DNA from: Nitrospira sp.
GTDB taxonomy: Bacteria > Nitrospirota > Nitrospiria > Nitrospirales > Nitrospiraceae
Direction of reading: 5' to 3'
NCBI GenBank assembly: GCA_047150005.1
Contig: AP038806.1
Span: forward strand, 128,001-192,000
Length of the DNA stretch: 64,000 nucleotides
Both the position numbers and the translations under genes were made by a program. Below the pieces are notes generated by a model. That model made no database searches, was not told the origin of the DNA, and saw nothing but the letters and a program-made list of their open reading frames with translations. Below, one piece after another: positions 19,562 through 28,491 of this stretch; the stretch's first letter is position 1; every line of letters starts with the position of its first letter.

Positions 19562-19930
19562 TCACCCCTTTCGATCTTTCTTCTTCAGTTCGGCTAGATG
19601 AGCATCGAAACGCTCGTCGGCCTTGCGTATGAGTTTTTGATAGAACCGCTGTTCACTGCCTCCTGATTTATCGCCACCCACGAGAAGAATCGCTCTTCGT
19701 CTAGGGTCGAACGCAAATGCCACCCGCCAGACACCATCATCAACCTCGAACCGCAGTTCCTTCATGTTTGCGTGCCGTGAACCGTTTAAAGTATCAGCCC
19801 TCGGCCTACTTAGCCTCGGACCAAAGGTTTCTAAAAGTTTAGCGTGCGCTAACATCTCGTCTTGAACAGCCTTGGACAATTCGTCGAACTCGGGCTCAAA
19901 GTCCTCATGGAATTCAACATCTCACTGCAC
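19562..19930 (-). pseudogene. HigB/RelE (Gp49-like) toxin with TGA at codon 3
   Basis: GTG CAG TGA GAT GTT GAA TTC CAT in frame with TLNGSRHANMKELRF...AFDPRRRAILLVGGDK. Confidence 0.75.
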
Positions 19931-19936
19931 GGCTAA

Positions 19937-19965
19937 AGTATGCATTACGATGCATATGGCGTCAA
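19937..19965 (-). promoter_or_regulatory. higBA promoter with palindromic operator
   Basis: TTGACG-17-CATACT; TATGCAT-4-ATGCATA palindrome; 6 nt to GTG. Confidence 0.7.
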
Positions 19966-20225
19966 GTACATATATCTCTTTGAAATGAGCCCATTACTAA
20001 GCGGCGCTATCAGAGATGCGCCTAATTGCTTGTCTATAAAGGGGGTTAATTTAGGGTGGGAAAATTCAGGATGGTGAGGGTGCCTGGCTGGCATCTGGAA
20101 GGGAGGGTGCGCCAGGAGTGCGGGAAGGGTGACAGGATGGGCTACAGACGTCCCACCCTGTCTCATGGTAGGTAGAACCTTAGCGGGATTTCGAGGGATC
20201 TGGCGCTCTTACAGACAGTCGTCCC

Positions 20226-21602
20226 TCAGGGATTCATGTCGCCGGCGATTGTGCTCAGGTCTTTCGGGAAAAGCACGATCTCGATGCGGCGATTTTCCGT
20301 GCGCCCGTCTTCCGTGGCATTGTCCGCCACGGGCCTGGTATCCGCAAAACCGACGGCCTCGAAGTTTTCCGCGCCGACCCCGCCCTGCTCGATAAAATAG
20401 CGGACGACGTTGGTGGCCCGGGCCGTGGACAACTCCCAATTGGTCGGAAACTTCTCCTTGAGCTTTCCGCCGATCCGAACGTTGTCCGTATGGCCTTCGA
20501 TCCTGATCTCCTTGTCGTGGACGTCCTTCAACACGTCCGCCACTTGCTTCAACACTTTCAAGCCCTCGGGCTTCACCTGCGCCTGCCCCGAATTGAACAA
20601 CACTTTCTCGACCATGTTGATGGTCAACCGGTCGCGAACCTGTTTGATCTTGATATCGCCCTTGTCGATCTGCGCTTGCAGCGACTTGGTCAGATCTTCC
20701 TGCGTCTTCGTCAGTCGTCGTATCTCCTCTTCCTTGGCGGCCCTCTCCTTCTCAAGCCTGGCCTTTTCGGCCGCAAGCGCTTCCTTTTCCACAGCCAAGG
20801 CCTCGCCGCCTTGCGTCAGCCGGCCCACCTCCATATCCCGCTGTGACAACCGTTGTTCAAGATCCTTGGCGCGGCCGGCCTGACCTTCCAAATCGCCTGC
20901 GCGCTTCTGCAGATCGGCAAGCTGTTGATCCAGAACCTTGGCGCGGTTCGCCTCGCCTTCCAGATCGCCTGTTCGCTTCTGCAGATCGGAGAGCCGCTGA
21001 TCCAGATCCTTCGCGCGGGCCGCGTCTGTCTCCAACTCTCCCATGCGTTTCTGGGTCTTGGCCAGCTCATCGCTGGTTCCCGTGGCCCGTGCGATCAGCA
21101 GATCCTTGTCCCGCTGCAGCGATGCGACGGTCTCCTGCTCAGCCTTCAGCCTGTTTTCCAGGTCTTGCTTGGTCGCGTCGGAATCGTGCTGCAGATCGTT
21201 GACTTTGGTTTGCAGCAGATCACGTTCCCTCCTCAGCTCGCCGTTCAGCCGTTCCATCCCCGTCGTTTCCGCGCGGATTTTCCTCACGTCGTTCTCAAGC
21301 TCGCTCCGGCTGGCCAGGGTCGAATCCAGGCTGCCCTTCGTTTGATCGAGATCTCGCTTGAGCCGAGACCCGGCGCTTTGTGATTGAAGCAGCTCGTCCG
21401 ACAGTTTCGTCTTGTCTGCTTCCAGCGCCGAAATCTTCGCGGCGGATTCCTTCTTGAATGTGTCGAAGTCGGCCGTCGTCTTTGCCGAAGCCTTGCGCGC
21501 TTGATCCAGCTCGGCCAGCGTCTGATCATGAGTTCCCGAACTGACGCATCCGGTCGATATCAAGAATCCGACGGAACAGAGCACAAGGATTCTTCTGTTC
21601 AT
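20226..21602 (-). CDS. OmpA/MotB family lipoprotein with long coiled coil
   Basis: Lipobox STGC; LFNSG, IEGHTDN, NWELSTARA, NRRIEI. Confidence 0.9.
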   Translation of the reverse strand: MNRRILVLCSVGFLISTGCVSSGTHDQTLAELDQARKASAKTTADFDTFKKESAAKISALEADKTKLSDELLQSQSAGSRLKRDLDQTKGSLDSTLASRSELENDVRKIRAETTGMERLNGELRRERDLLQTKVNDLQHDSDATKQDLENRLKAEQETVASLQRDKDLLIARATGTSDELAKTQKRMGELETDAARAKDLDQRLSDLQKRTGDLEGEANRAKVLDQQLADLQKRAGDLEGQAGRAKDLEQRLSQRDMEVGRLTQGGEALAVEKEALAAEKARLEKERAAKEEEIRRLTKTQEDLTKSLQAQIDKGDIKIKQVRDRLTINMVEKVLFNSGQAQVKPEGLKVLKQVADVLKDVHDKEIRIEGHTDNVRIGGKLKEKFPTNWELSTARATNVVRYFIEQGGVGAENFEAVGFADTRPVADNATEDGRTENRRIEIVLFPKDLSTIAGDMNP

Positions 21603-22068
21603 GATCGCCCTCCAGGTGAACGTTGGGCCTCTTATAGCGAGGCCCAAGAAGAATAGCAACATCGCCAGGAAACGCCTCGCTTCTCCATCATTGATGATCC
21701 GGCATCTTTCCTTTACTCCGTCCACACTGACTGCCTGAATGGTCTGGAGAGAAGCCAGGGTTCAAAGCCTAGGCTACCTAGGTTTTTTACTATCTTGCCG
21801 CCGCTCGATCAGGGTTGCTTAAATGAGGAAGAGGGCGAAGGTGCCTGCTTCGGTATGCCCACCCTGGAGCAGCAAGAGGTCTTTGCTCCCTCCTGAAGGA
21901 CCTGCCTTCGCCCCGTATATTTCCCTCACCTTCTCACTCCCGCTCAGACGCCGATCCCTTCTTTAGTCCTGCTTCACCTACCTCCAAGGTATGTTCAAGA
22001 ATTCCGCGCTGCTGCAATATCTCTCCATCGCCGTGACGACATCATCGGCAACGTCAGGGAGGATGCTC

Positions 22069-22269
22069 ATGGAAAAACAACCGGGCAAGATCGGCGCGAT
22101 ACGACGGGAACTGCGGGGCAAGCCCTGTCCATGCTGCGGAAGCCGCACCTACCAACTCGTGCTCCGGAGCGATCTCACCGCGCCGTCGGGAAAATTGTTT
22201 GCCCGCTGCACGCAATGCCATCGCCCCAGAGGCATCGACGAAGATCTCGGACGTATTTTGTGGATGTGA
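22069..22269 (+). CDS. Small zinc-ribbon protein
   Basis: GGAGG RBS; CPCC...RCTQC. Confidence 0.65.
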   Translation: MEKQPGKIGAIRRELRGKPCPCCGSRTYQLVLRSDLTAPSGKLFARCTQCHRPRGIDEDLGRILWM

Positions 22270-22291
22270 CCTTCACCCGCACCCAGGAGGA

Positions 22292-22570
22292 ATGATCGTG
22301 AGCCTGTTCTTGACTCCGGTTCGATCGATCAAGCAGCGATTTGCCCGCCGCCGCCAGATGCGGATCGCCCTTCAGATGCTGGCCGTCAGCGGCGTGCTCC
22401 GGCCGGGCGACAGCGAACTGCGATACACGGTTCCCCTCACCCGCAAACGACTGGGATCCCACCCGCACTCCCCTTCAGTTTCCGCCCTTCCCATGGCCCG
22501 ACAAGCCTCGCCGGCGGGAGGATCCCGGCCTGCCGGACTCGCGTCCTCGTTGGGTCGCATGACATCCTGA
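22292..22570 (+). CDS. Hypothetical protein
   Basis: AGGAGG RBS (start could be GTG 22298). Confidence 0.4.
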   Translation: MIVSLFLTPVRSIKQRFARRRQMRIALQMLAVSGVLRPGDSELRYTVPLTRKRLGSHPHSPSVSALPMARQASPAGGSRPAGLASSLGRMTS

Positions 22571-22771
22571 GGCTCGACCGCCAGACCGCGGCAATTGCAG
22601 ACCGGCACGTGACGGAATTCTTCCAACAGACAGGCCGGAACACCGAACCGGCCAAGACGCTTGTACCTCTCACTCGCCTAAGGTATGATCACGCCTCGCT
22701 TGCCGGCAATCCGTGTCATCGAGTCGATCTCGACCAGACCGGAAACCCGCGTACAATCGACTGTCTCGGGG

Positions 22772-22865
22772 GGAGAGGTGGCCGAGTGGCCGAAGGCGGC
22801 GGTTTGCTAAACCGCTGTAGGGGCTAAAACCTCTACCGAGGGTTCAAATCCCTCCCTCTCCGCCA
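22772..22865 (+). tRNA. tRNA-Ser(GCT)
   Basis: GGAGAGG/CCTCTCC acceptor, GCCA, anticodon loop TT-GCT-AA, long variable arm. Confidence 0.96.
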
Positions 22866-22913
22866 AACCAAGCAGTGCTCAGTGCTGAGAACTGATGTAG
22901 TGCTCCCCTGAAA

Positions 22914-23747
22914 TCAAGCCACCTGGGTTGACTGTTGCGCGCGGAATTGGACGGGACTCCGATACGCCAAGGCGCTGTGCGGTCGTCCCTCGTTGTACCA
23001 ATGGAGCCAGTCCCGAATGATCCGTCGCGCCTCCTCAAACGTCTGGAACGTGTGTTGCCAGACGCACTCCTCCTTCAGACTCCGGAAGAACCGCTCGATG
23101 ATCCCGTTCTGTTCCGGCGTATAGGGCGTAATGAATTCCTGTTGGAGCCGATAGTCCCGACAGGCTTGTCGAAACCGGCGACTCTGGAAGATCAGGCCGT
23201 TGTCACTGCGGAGGACCGGTGCGCCCGTAGGCCGCAACGTCCCGAACCGCTGCAGGCACGCCGCTTCGACGGCCCGCTCCGCCTCCTTGGCCCGACTGCG
23301 CAACGCGAACTCGTAGCCGATGACTTCCCGATCGTGACAGTCGATCACGGCCGCGAGATGGGCCCAGCCGTCCTGGCCACAGGGAATATGCGTCACGTCC
23401 ATCGCCCACCGTTCATTGCTCTGCCCAGCCCGACTGCGCCAGCCTCGCACCCGAGGGCGCGGGGTCGCCACGCGTTGGTGGACGAACCAGCCCTGCTGCT
23501 TCAGCACGCGATACACGGCTTTGCGATTCACCAGGATCCCATCCTGATACCGCAACATCACCCAGAGTCGGCGATACCCAAACGTGGGATGCTGCTGAAT
23601 CCAATACCGCATCCGCTCCAGCCACGGGGGTGCCGTGGGGCCTCGGCGTCGTCCCTCCGTTGCTCTCGTCCGATGCAGACCGGCTCGGTTCACGCGGAGC
23701 ACCTGGCAACTCCGTCGCTCGGAGACACCCGACACGCGGGCTCTCAC
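22914..23747 (-). CDS. IS3 transposase OrfB
   Basis: FGYRR, WAMDVT, RSDNG, PEQNGIIERF. Confidence 0.93.
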   Translation of the reverse strand: MRARVSGVSERRSCQVLRVNRAGLHRTRATEGRRRGPTAPPWLERMRYWIQQHPTFGYRRLWVMLRYQDGILVNRKAVYRVLKQQGWFVHQRVATPRPRVRGWRSRAGQSNERWAMDVTHIPCGQDGWAHLAAVIDCHDREVIGYEFALRSRAKEAERAVEAACLQRFGTLRPTGAPVLRSDNGLIFQSRRFRQACRDYRLQQEFITPYTPEQNGIIERFFRSLKEECVWQHTFQTFEEARRIIRDWLHWYNEGRPHSALAYRSPVQFRAQQSTQVA

Positions 23748-24100
23748 GCGTCGGATGTCTTCCGGTCCAAAGGGAAGGGTTTCAAGGCCTCCCGTAAGAT
23801 GTCGTTGTCCACGACCAGATCCCCGATCTTCTGTTTCAGCTTCTTGATCTGCTCGTCCTTCACGGCCTCCTCGTCCTTGGGCCGAGTCCGGAGCGCGTTC
23901 TCGGCGCCGAGGAGAAACTTCTCACGCCACGCCTCCACCTCCGCCACGGTCAGGCCGTGCTGCCGGGCCGCCTCGGCCACCGAGGTCTCACCCTTCAGAT
24001 TACTCACGACCAATGCCACGCGTCGCTTGGCCGTCCACCGTTCAATGGGTTCTGCTGCTTCTGCTGCCATCGCCACCTCCTCGGTCCGTCGTAGGACCAT
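23744..24100 (-). CDS. IS3 transposase OrfA
   Basis: RWTAKRR HTH, overlaps orfB (GTGA). Confidence 0.9.
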   Translation of the reverse strand: MVLRRTEEVAMAAEAAEPIERWTAKRRVALVVSNLKGETSVAEAARQHGLTVAEVEAWREKFLLGAENALRTRPKDEEAVKDEQIKKLKQKIGDLVVDNDILREALKPFPLDRKTSDA

Positions 24101-24272
24101 GTCGTAGAGGTGGTCTCAATTTCAAGGGGAGCAGGATACTGAGTGCTGAGTGAACCAGCCGACGCCAGCCCGCTCTTTATCGCCTCCAATCTTTCCACGA
24201 CAACCTGCACCAACCCCCAAAAATACGAAGGGCCGACTCCCCACACCAGGGTGAGAAATCGGCCCTGATCAA

Positions 24273-24303
24273 AGGGCCACCCTCCTTATTGGAGGGTGGC
24301 CCT
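24273..24303. terminator. Stem-loop downstream of PEP-CTERM gene
   Basis: AGGGCCACCCTCC-TTATT-GGAGGGTGGCCCT perfect 13-bp stem. Confidence 0.75.
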
Positions 24304-24333
24304 TCTACTCCATTTGCTTTATGGACTGTTTGG

Positions 24334-24606
24334 CTAGTCTTTCCGCGAAACCCGCCTCCAGAGTCCAAGCCCAGCCAACCCAGCACCCAACAGGATCACG
24401 GATGCTGGTTCAGGAACGGATGCGCATCGCCGCCCGCAAGGTGGGGGGGATATGGGTATAGGTATGGGTCTAGAACGAAGAAGCTCAGTGCTCTGAATAG
24501 TAATGCTGGTACTGCTAGTCGTCTGAGCCATCGCCAGGTTCCCCGAGAACCCGAAATTCACTATGGCGACTCCTATAAGCAGAATAGGACGAATAAATTT
24601 CTTCAC
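24334..24606 (-). CDS. Small PEP-CTERM sorting domain protein
   Basis: Signal peptide; VPEPASVILLGAGLAGLGLWRRVSRKD. Confidence 0.9.
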   Translation of the reverse strand: MKKFIRPILLIGVAIVNFGFSGNLAMAQTTSSTSITIQSTELLRSRPIPIPISPPPCGRRCASVPEPASVILLGAGLAGLGLWRRVSRKD

Positions 24607-24663
24607 GTTTGTCCCCCTTGTAGCTACGCACTCATCGAGCTTACAGTGTCGTACCGCAATTGG

Positions 24664-24857
24664 AGCATAATTCGTGCTAGCAGCATGGTTTATTGGAATC
24701 CTTTGAAAATGTTATGGCTTTGTGCTGAGCTTTTCATTCAATAACTACTACTGTAAAAAAGTATTACACTCAGTTCCGATTTAGAGCATCGAATGACGAT
24801 TTATTTCAATACTTTCAATAGGTCACGAAATCCTCACACTGTAAAATAACCTTTACA
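24664..24857 (-). promoter_or_regulatory. Putative sigma54 promoter and enhancer boxes for PEP-CTERM gene
   Basis: TAGCAC-5-ATGC (degenerate -24/-12, ~24680-24664); TGT-N11-ACA (24752-24768) and TGTAAA-N6-TTTACA (24840-24857). Confidence 0.55.
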
Positions 24858-24871
24858 CACCCGGTCATTCC

Positions 24872-26266
24872 TTACGCTCTTCTTTTTTCTAGTGTGTCGG
24901 TAACTTTTGGCAACCTTAGTCCATACCGAGAGAGTAACTGGTACAGGGTGGGACGGCTGATCCCCAATTCAACAGCCGCCTTCGACACGTTGCCATCGGC
25001 TTTTTCCAGCGACAACCTCACCAGTTCCTTCTCGCGAAGGTCACGCGCGACTCGGAGTCTCGTGGAATCACTATCGACGGAAGAGAGGTCTTTCAATTCC
25101 AAATTCGCCGGGCTGACGTATTTCCCTTCCGCCATCACCACCGCCCGCCTGATCCTATTCTCCAGTTCTCGGACATTTCCAGGCCAATCGTGCCCCAGCA
25201 ACGCCTCGATCGCTTGAGGTGTAAACCCTTTCAGTATTTTGTTTTGTGCTTCTGCAAACTTCATCAAGAACGTTCGTGCGAGGAGAGTGATATCCGAACC
25301 CCGCTCCTTCAGACTAGGGACAGAGACGGACACCACACACAGCCTGTAATACAGATCTTCTCTGAATCGACCACTGTCGATCGCCGCTTGCAGATCAACG
25401 TTCGTCGCAGCAAGGACCCTGACATCGACCGAGACCGTGTCTTTCCCTCCCAGCCGCTGGATTTCATGCTCTTGCAAGAACCGGAGCAACTTGACCTGCA
25501 GATTCAGTGGAATATCCCCGATTTCATCCAGAAACAGCGTGCCTCCTTGCGCAAATTCGATCCGGCCTTTTCGTTGCTGGACAGCCCCGGTAAACGCGCC
25601 TTTCTCATGGCCGAACAGCTCGCTCTCCAGCAGTGTCTCCGGGATCGCGCCGCAGTTGATGGCGACAAAGGGCGCCTCTTTACGGCCGCTCAGTCGGTGA
25701 ATCGCGCGAGCCACCAGTTCTTTCCCCGTCCCACTCTCCCCAGTGATGAGAACCGGGACGTCAGACGGCCCAACGCGGCGGATCATGCCAAGTACATCTT
25801 GCAGAGGCTTGCTCTTCCCCACAAGCCCTTCAAATTCAGTCCCGCCGGCCTGCTCTTTGAGGGTACGGTGCTCACACTCAAGGTTGAAGAGATAGAGCGC
25901 ACGTTGCAGGACCACTTTCAACACATCGAGCTGCATCGGTTTTTCAATAAAGTCGTACGCACCGCTTTCGATGGCGGCGACGGCCTTCGCCTTATCACTG
26001 TTGCCTGTGACAACGATCACTCTAGCCGCCGGATTCACTCGCAGCGTCTCACGCAGAATCGCCAACCCTTCCGAGGCCCCGTCAACATCGGGTGGCAATC
26101 CTAAATCCAGCAACACCAGCGGCGGCATGGCCCGGCGAATGTGCGCTAAGGCAGTCGCACGATCCGACGCCGCCAACAGGTCGTAGTCCGATGCAAGGGC
26201 CCATTTCATCTGGTCGTGAATCTCTGCATCATCATCGACAAGCAGCAACGCAGGTCGTGTGGTCAT
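24872..26266 (-). CDS. prsR: PEP-CTERM-box sigma54-dependent response regulator
   Basis: Receiver LLDLGLPP, GESGTGKE, GAFTGA, Fis HTH ISRPTLY; next to prsK and exosortase. Confidence 0.9.
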   Translation of the reverse strand: MTTRPALLLVDDDAEIHDQMKWALASDYDLLAASDRATALAHIRRAMPPLVLLDLGLPPDVDGASEGLAILRETLRVNPAARVIVVTGNSDKAKAVAAIESGAYDFIEKPMQLDVLKVVLQRALYLFNLECEHRTLKEQAGGTEFEGLVGKSKPLQDVLGMIRRVGPSDVPVLITGESGTGKELVARAIHRLSGRKEAPFVAINCGAIPETLLESELFGHEKGAFTGAVQQRKGRIEFAQGGTLFLDEIGDIPLNLQVKLLRFLQEHEIQRLGGKDTVSVDVRVLAATNVDLQAAIDSGRFREDLYYRLCVVSVSVPSLKERGSDITLLARTFLMKFAEAQNKILKGFTPQAIEALLGHDWPGNVRELENRIRRAVVMAEGKYVSPANLELKDLSSVDSDSTRLRVARDLREKELVRLSLEKADGNVSKAAVELGISRPTLYQLLSRYGLRLPKVTDTLEKRRA

Positions 26267-26285
26267 GGTTTGGGGTTCTCCTGTC

Positions 26286-28439
26286 TCACATTGGCACGGA
26301 CATGGCTGGATGAGGCAAGCCGGATTTCTCTCGATTGCCGGCTGATTGACAGACGGGAAGCTCGATTCGCACGTGGGTCCCCTTCCCGACTTCGCTGCGC
26401 ACCTGAATAGTCCCCTGGTGGGCTTCCACGATTTGCCTGCATTGGTACAGTCCGATTCCAAGCCCACCGGGGCGGCCGGATTGCGACGGACGAAACAGCG
26501 ACTCCAGCATGACAGGAGGAATCCCGCCTCCCGTATCATCGACCGTCACGATGACCGAACCCTTGTGCTGTGCCAATGCGACCGAGATCTGACCATTCCC
26601 CCCGACAGCCTGTTTCGCGTTCAGCACCACGTTGAGCAAGAGCTGGTGAATCTGATCTCGCACCGCCATGATCGGCGGAACCGGTGCGCCGGTGACGGAC
26701 AGCCGTACTGTCGGGTCCCGTTTCATCGGAGCGATGATGTCATTGAGCACAGCAGACAGGTCCACCGGTTCAGGCGTTCCAGCCTGGGGCGGCTTCACGG
26801 ATCTGAGTGACAGTTTGCTCATCAGGTCCACCATCTTGAAGGCGGAATCTTTGACCGTCCGCATCGCCGATTCTTGAAACGCGGGATCCCGGCCATGGCG
26901 TTCCGCATTCTGAGCGACCAACGACAGCCTCGCTGCCAAATTTTTCAGGTCGTGCACACAGAACACGGCGAACCGGTGAAGGGCCTCCAATTCAGCCGAC
27001 GCCTGCCGGTCCTCTGTCAAGGTCGCATGAGAGAGCAGCATCCCCACGTGATGGGCTATTCCACGCAGCAGATCTTCATCGTCCGTGCCATACAGCGCGC
27101 CGCGCAGTTGTGGGCCCAACGAGATGAAGGCGATGACGTGCCCCTGTGTGCGGATCGGGAAACAGAGCGCCACGCCCGACGTCCGGAGAGGATCCGTAGG
27201 CACGAGGAAGCGGTCTTGCGTTCCGGTCGCTTGTGGTTCCACCCAGACCGCGCTATCCCGCTTCCTGAGTGCCGTGACAATTGGATGGGATTGTTCGATC
27301 GGCTCCGGTTCAATCTTACCGGTCATCGAGCGAACGAGGCAAAATCGCTGATCGGCCTGGCGAAACGACCAGATGGAAACCTCGGTGGCCAGGAAGGTCT
27401 TGATCAGCACATCCAGCAATCGGTCCATGATGGAATTCTTGTCGGCCGCCCCTTGAAACGCCTCGGTGGTTTGAAGCCACTGCATGCGGTAGTCGTATTT
27501 CGATCGATGGAAATTTCTCGTGATGAAACGCCGAATCTCGGCGCGCACCGTCTTGGAGAACGCGGCAACGACCAACCCAACAATCGCCGTGAATGTCACG
27601 ACCACACTGAGTCCGACACCCAGTGGGTGATTCGCTTCCCGCAGCCAGCTCCCCACAGTGCCGATTGTCAAAAGGTAGAGCCCGATGATGATGAAGGTCA
27701 CCGACCCCACTAGAGCTTGATGGGACACATAGGCATGAACAAGCGCTTCTCGAAGCCGGCTTCGCCTCAGCCCATGAGCGATCAGGCAGAGTGCCATGAA
27801 CGTCACGATACTGGAAACCACCACCTGCTCCGCTTGCCAGATCGGGAACAGCAACATTTGGCTGGCCTCATAGATTTGGTACCCTGCCAGCCCGCCCAAC
27901 CCGATCACGATGAATTTCAGCTTGTGGCGGAACGGCTCACGGCTGGCTCGCAGGATCAATTCCAATTGGGCCAACCCTAAAGCCATCCCAATCACGATGA
28001 ACACGTATGCGACACGTCCCCATGAGGTCAGAGACATCGCGGCCGGTTCGTCGGCAGCGACCTCCCACTGAAAGACGAAGCCGGTGATGGTGACCACCGC
28101 CATGATCCCGCCCCCGATCCCGATGATGCGGGCACGCCAGACCGGCGAGACCTGCTTACTCGATTCGGCCGGAGTGAGGAATGCAAGTCCAGCATAAAGA
28201 ACAGCCGCCGGCTGAATGAGTCCTGCGGCCATTGCAACTTCTCGCCAGAACAGTGCGTGAGCCTCATCGACTAATCCGATTCCATCAGCAAGGTTTGCCA
28301 ATGCAACGAGGGCCAGGAGTCCCGCAAGACTCCGATTGAAGACACTTCTTCGCCTCTGGACAAACAAGACTGTAGCCATACCGGCTGCCATCACTCCGGC
28401 AAGACTCGGGGCTGTGACAAACCACGCCAGGGGAGCCAC
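26286..28439 (-). CDS. prsK: PEP-CTERM system histidine kinase
   Basis: Multi-TM N-terminus, KYDYRMQW, GAF, HDLKN, GLGIGLYQ. Confidence 0.92.
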   Translation of the reverse strand: MAPLAWFVTAPSLAGVMAAGMATVLFVQRRRSVFNRSLAGLLALVALANLADGIGLVDEAHALFWREVAMAAGLIQPAAVLYAGLAFLTPAESSKQVSPVWRARIIGIGGGIMAVVTITGFVFQWEVAADEPAAMSLTSWGRVAYVFIVIGMALGLAQLELILRASREPFRHKLKFIVIGLGGLAGYQIYEASQMLLFPIWQAEQVVVSSIVTFMALCLIAHGLRRSRLREALVHAYVSHQALVGSVTFIIIGLYLLTIGTVGSWLREANHPLGVGLSVVVTFTAIVGLVVAAFSKTVRAEIRRFITRNFHRSKYDYRMQWLQTTEAFQGAADKNSIMDRLLDVLIKTFLATEVSIWSFRQADQRFCLVRSMTGKIEPEPIEQSHPIVTALRKRDSAVWVEPQATGTQDRFLVPTDPLRTSGVALCFPIRTQGHVIAFISLGPQLRGALYGTDDEDLLRGIAHHVGMLLSHATLTEDRQASAELEALHRFAVFCVHDLKNLAARLSLVAQNAERHGRDPAFQESAMRTVKDSAFKMVDLMSKLSLRSVKPPQAGTPEPVDLSAVLNDIIAPMKRDPTVRLSVTGAPVPPIMAVRDQIHQLLLNVVLNAKQAVGGNGQISVALAQHKGSVIVTVDDTGGGIPPVMLESLFRPSQSGRPGGLGIGLYQCRQIVEAHQGTIQVRSEVGKGTHVRIELPVCQSAGNREKSGLPHPAMSVPM

Positions 28440-28491
28440 GCTACACCTCCACCATCTGCAGAGAGCTTGGTCCTGTGCTGGACCACATCAC

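Larger units (their letters stand above)
22896..24138 (-). mobile_element. IS3 family element, copy 1
   Basis: Terminal IRs TGTAGTGCTCCCC / GGGGAGCAGGATA; 4-bp target duplication CTGA; orfA+orfB. Confidence 0.93.

Noticed and set aside
10592..19924. UGA-to-Trp recoding of the genome suggested by two Trp-position UGAs
   Set aside because: Many ordinary genes here terminate at TGA and use TGG for Trp; TGG>TGA is a single transition
22871..22895. Short repeats after tRNA-Ser(GCT) as CRISPR or att site
   Set aside because: Heptamer tract without spacers; no second copy of this tRNA end in the window
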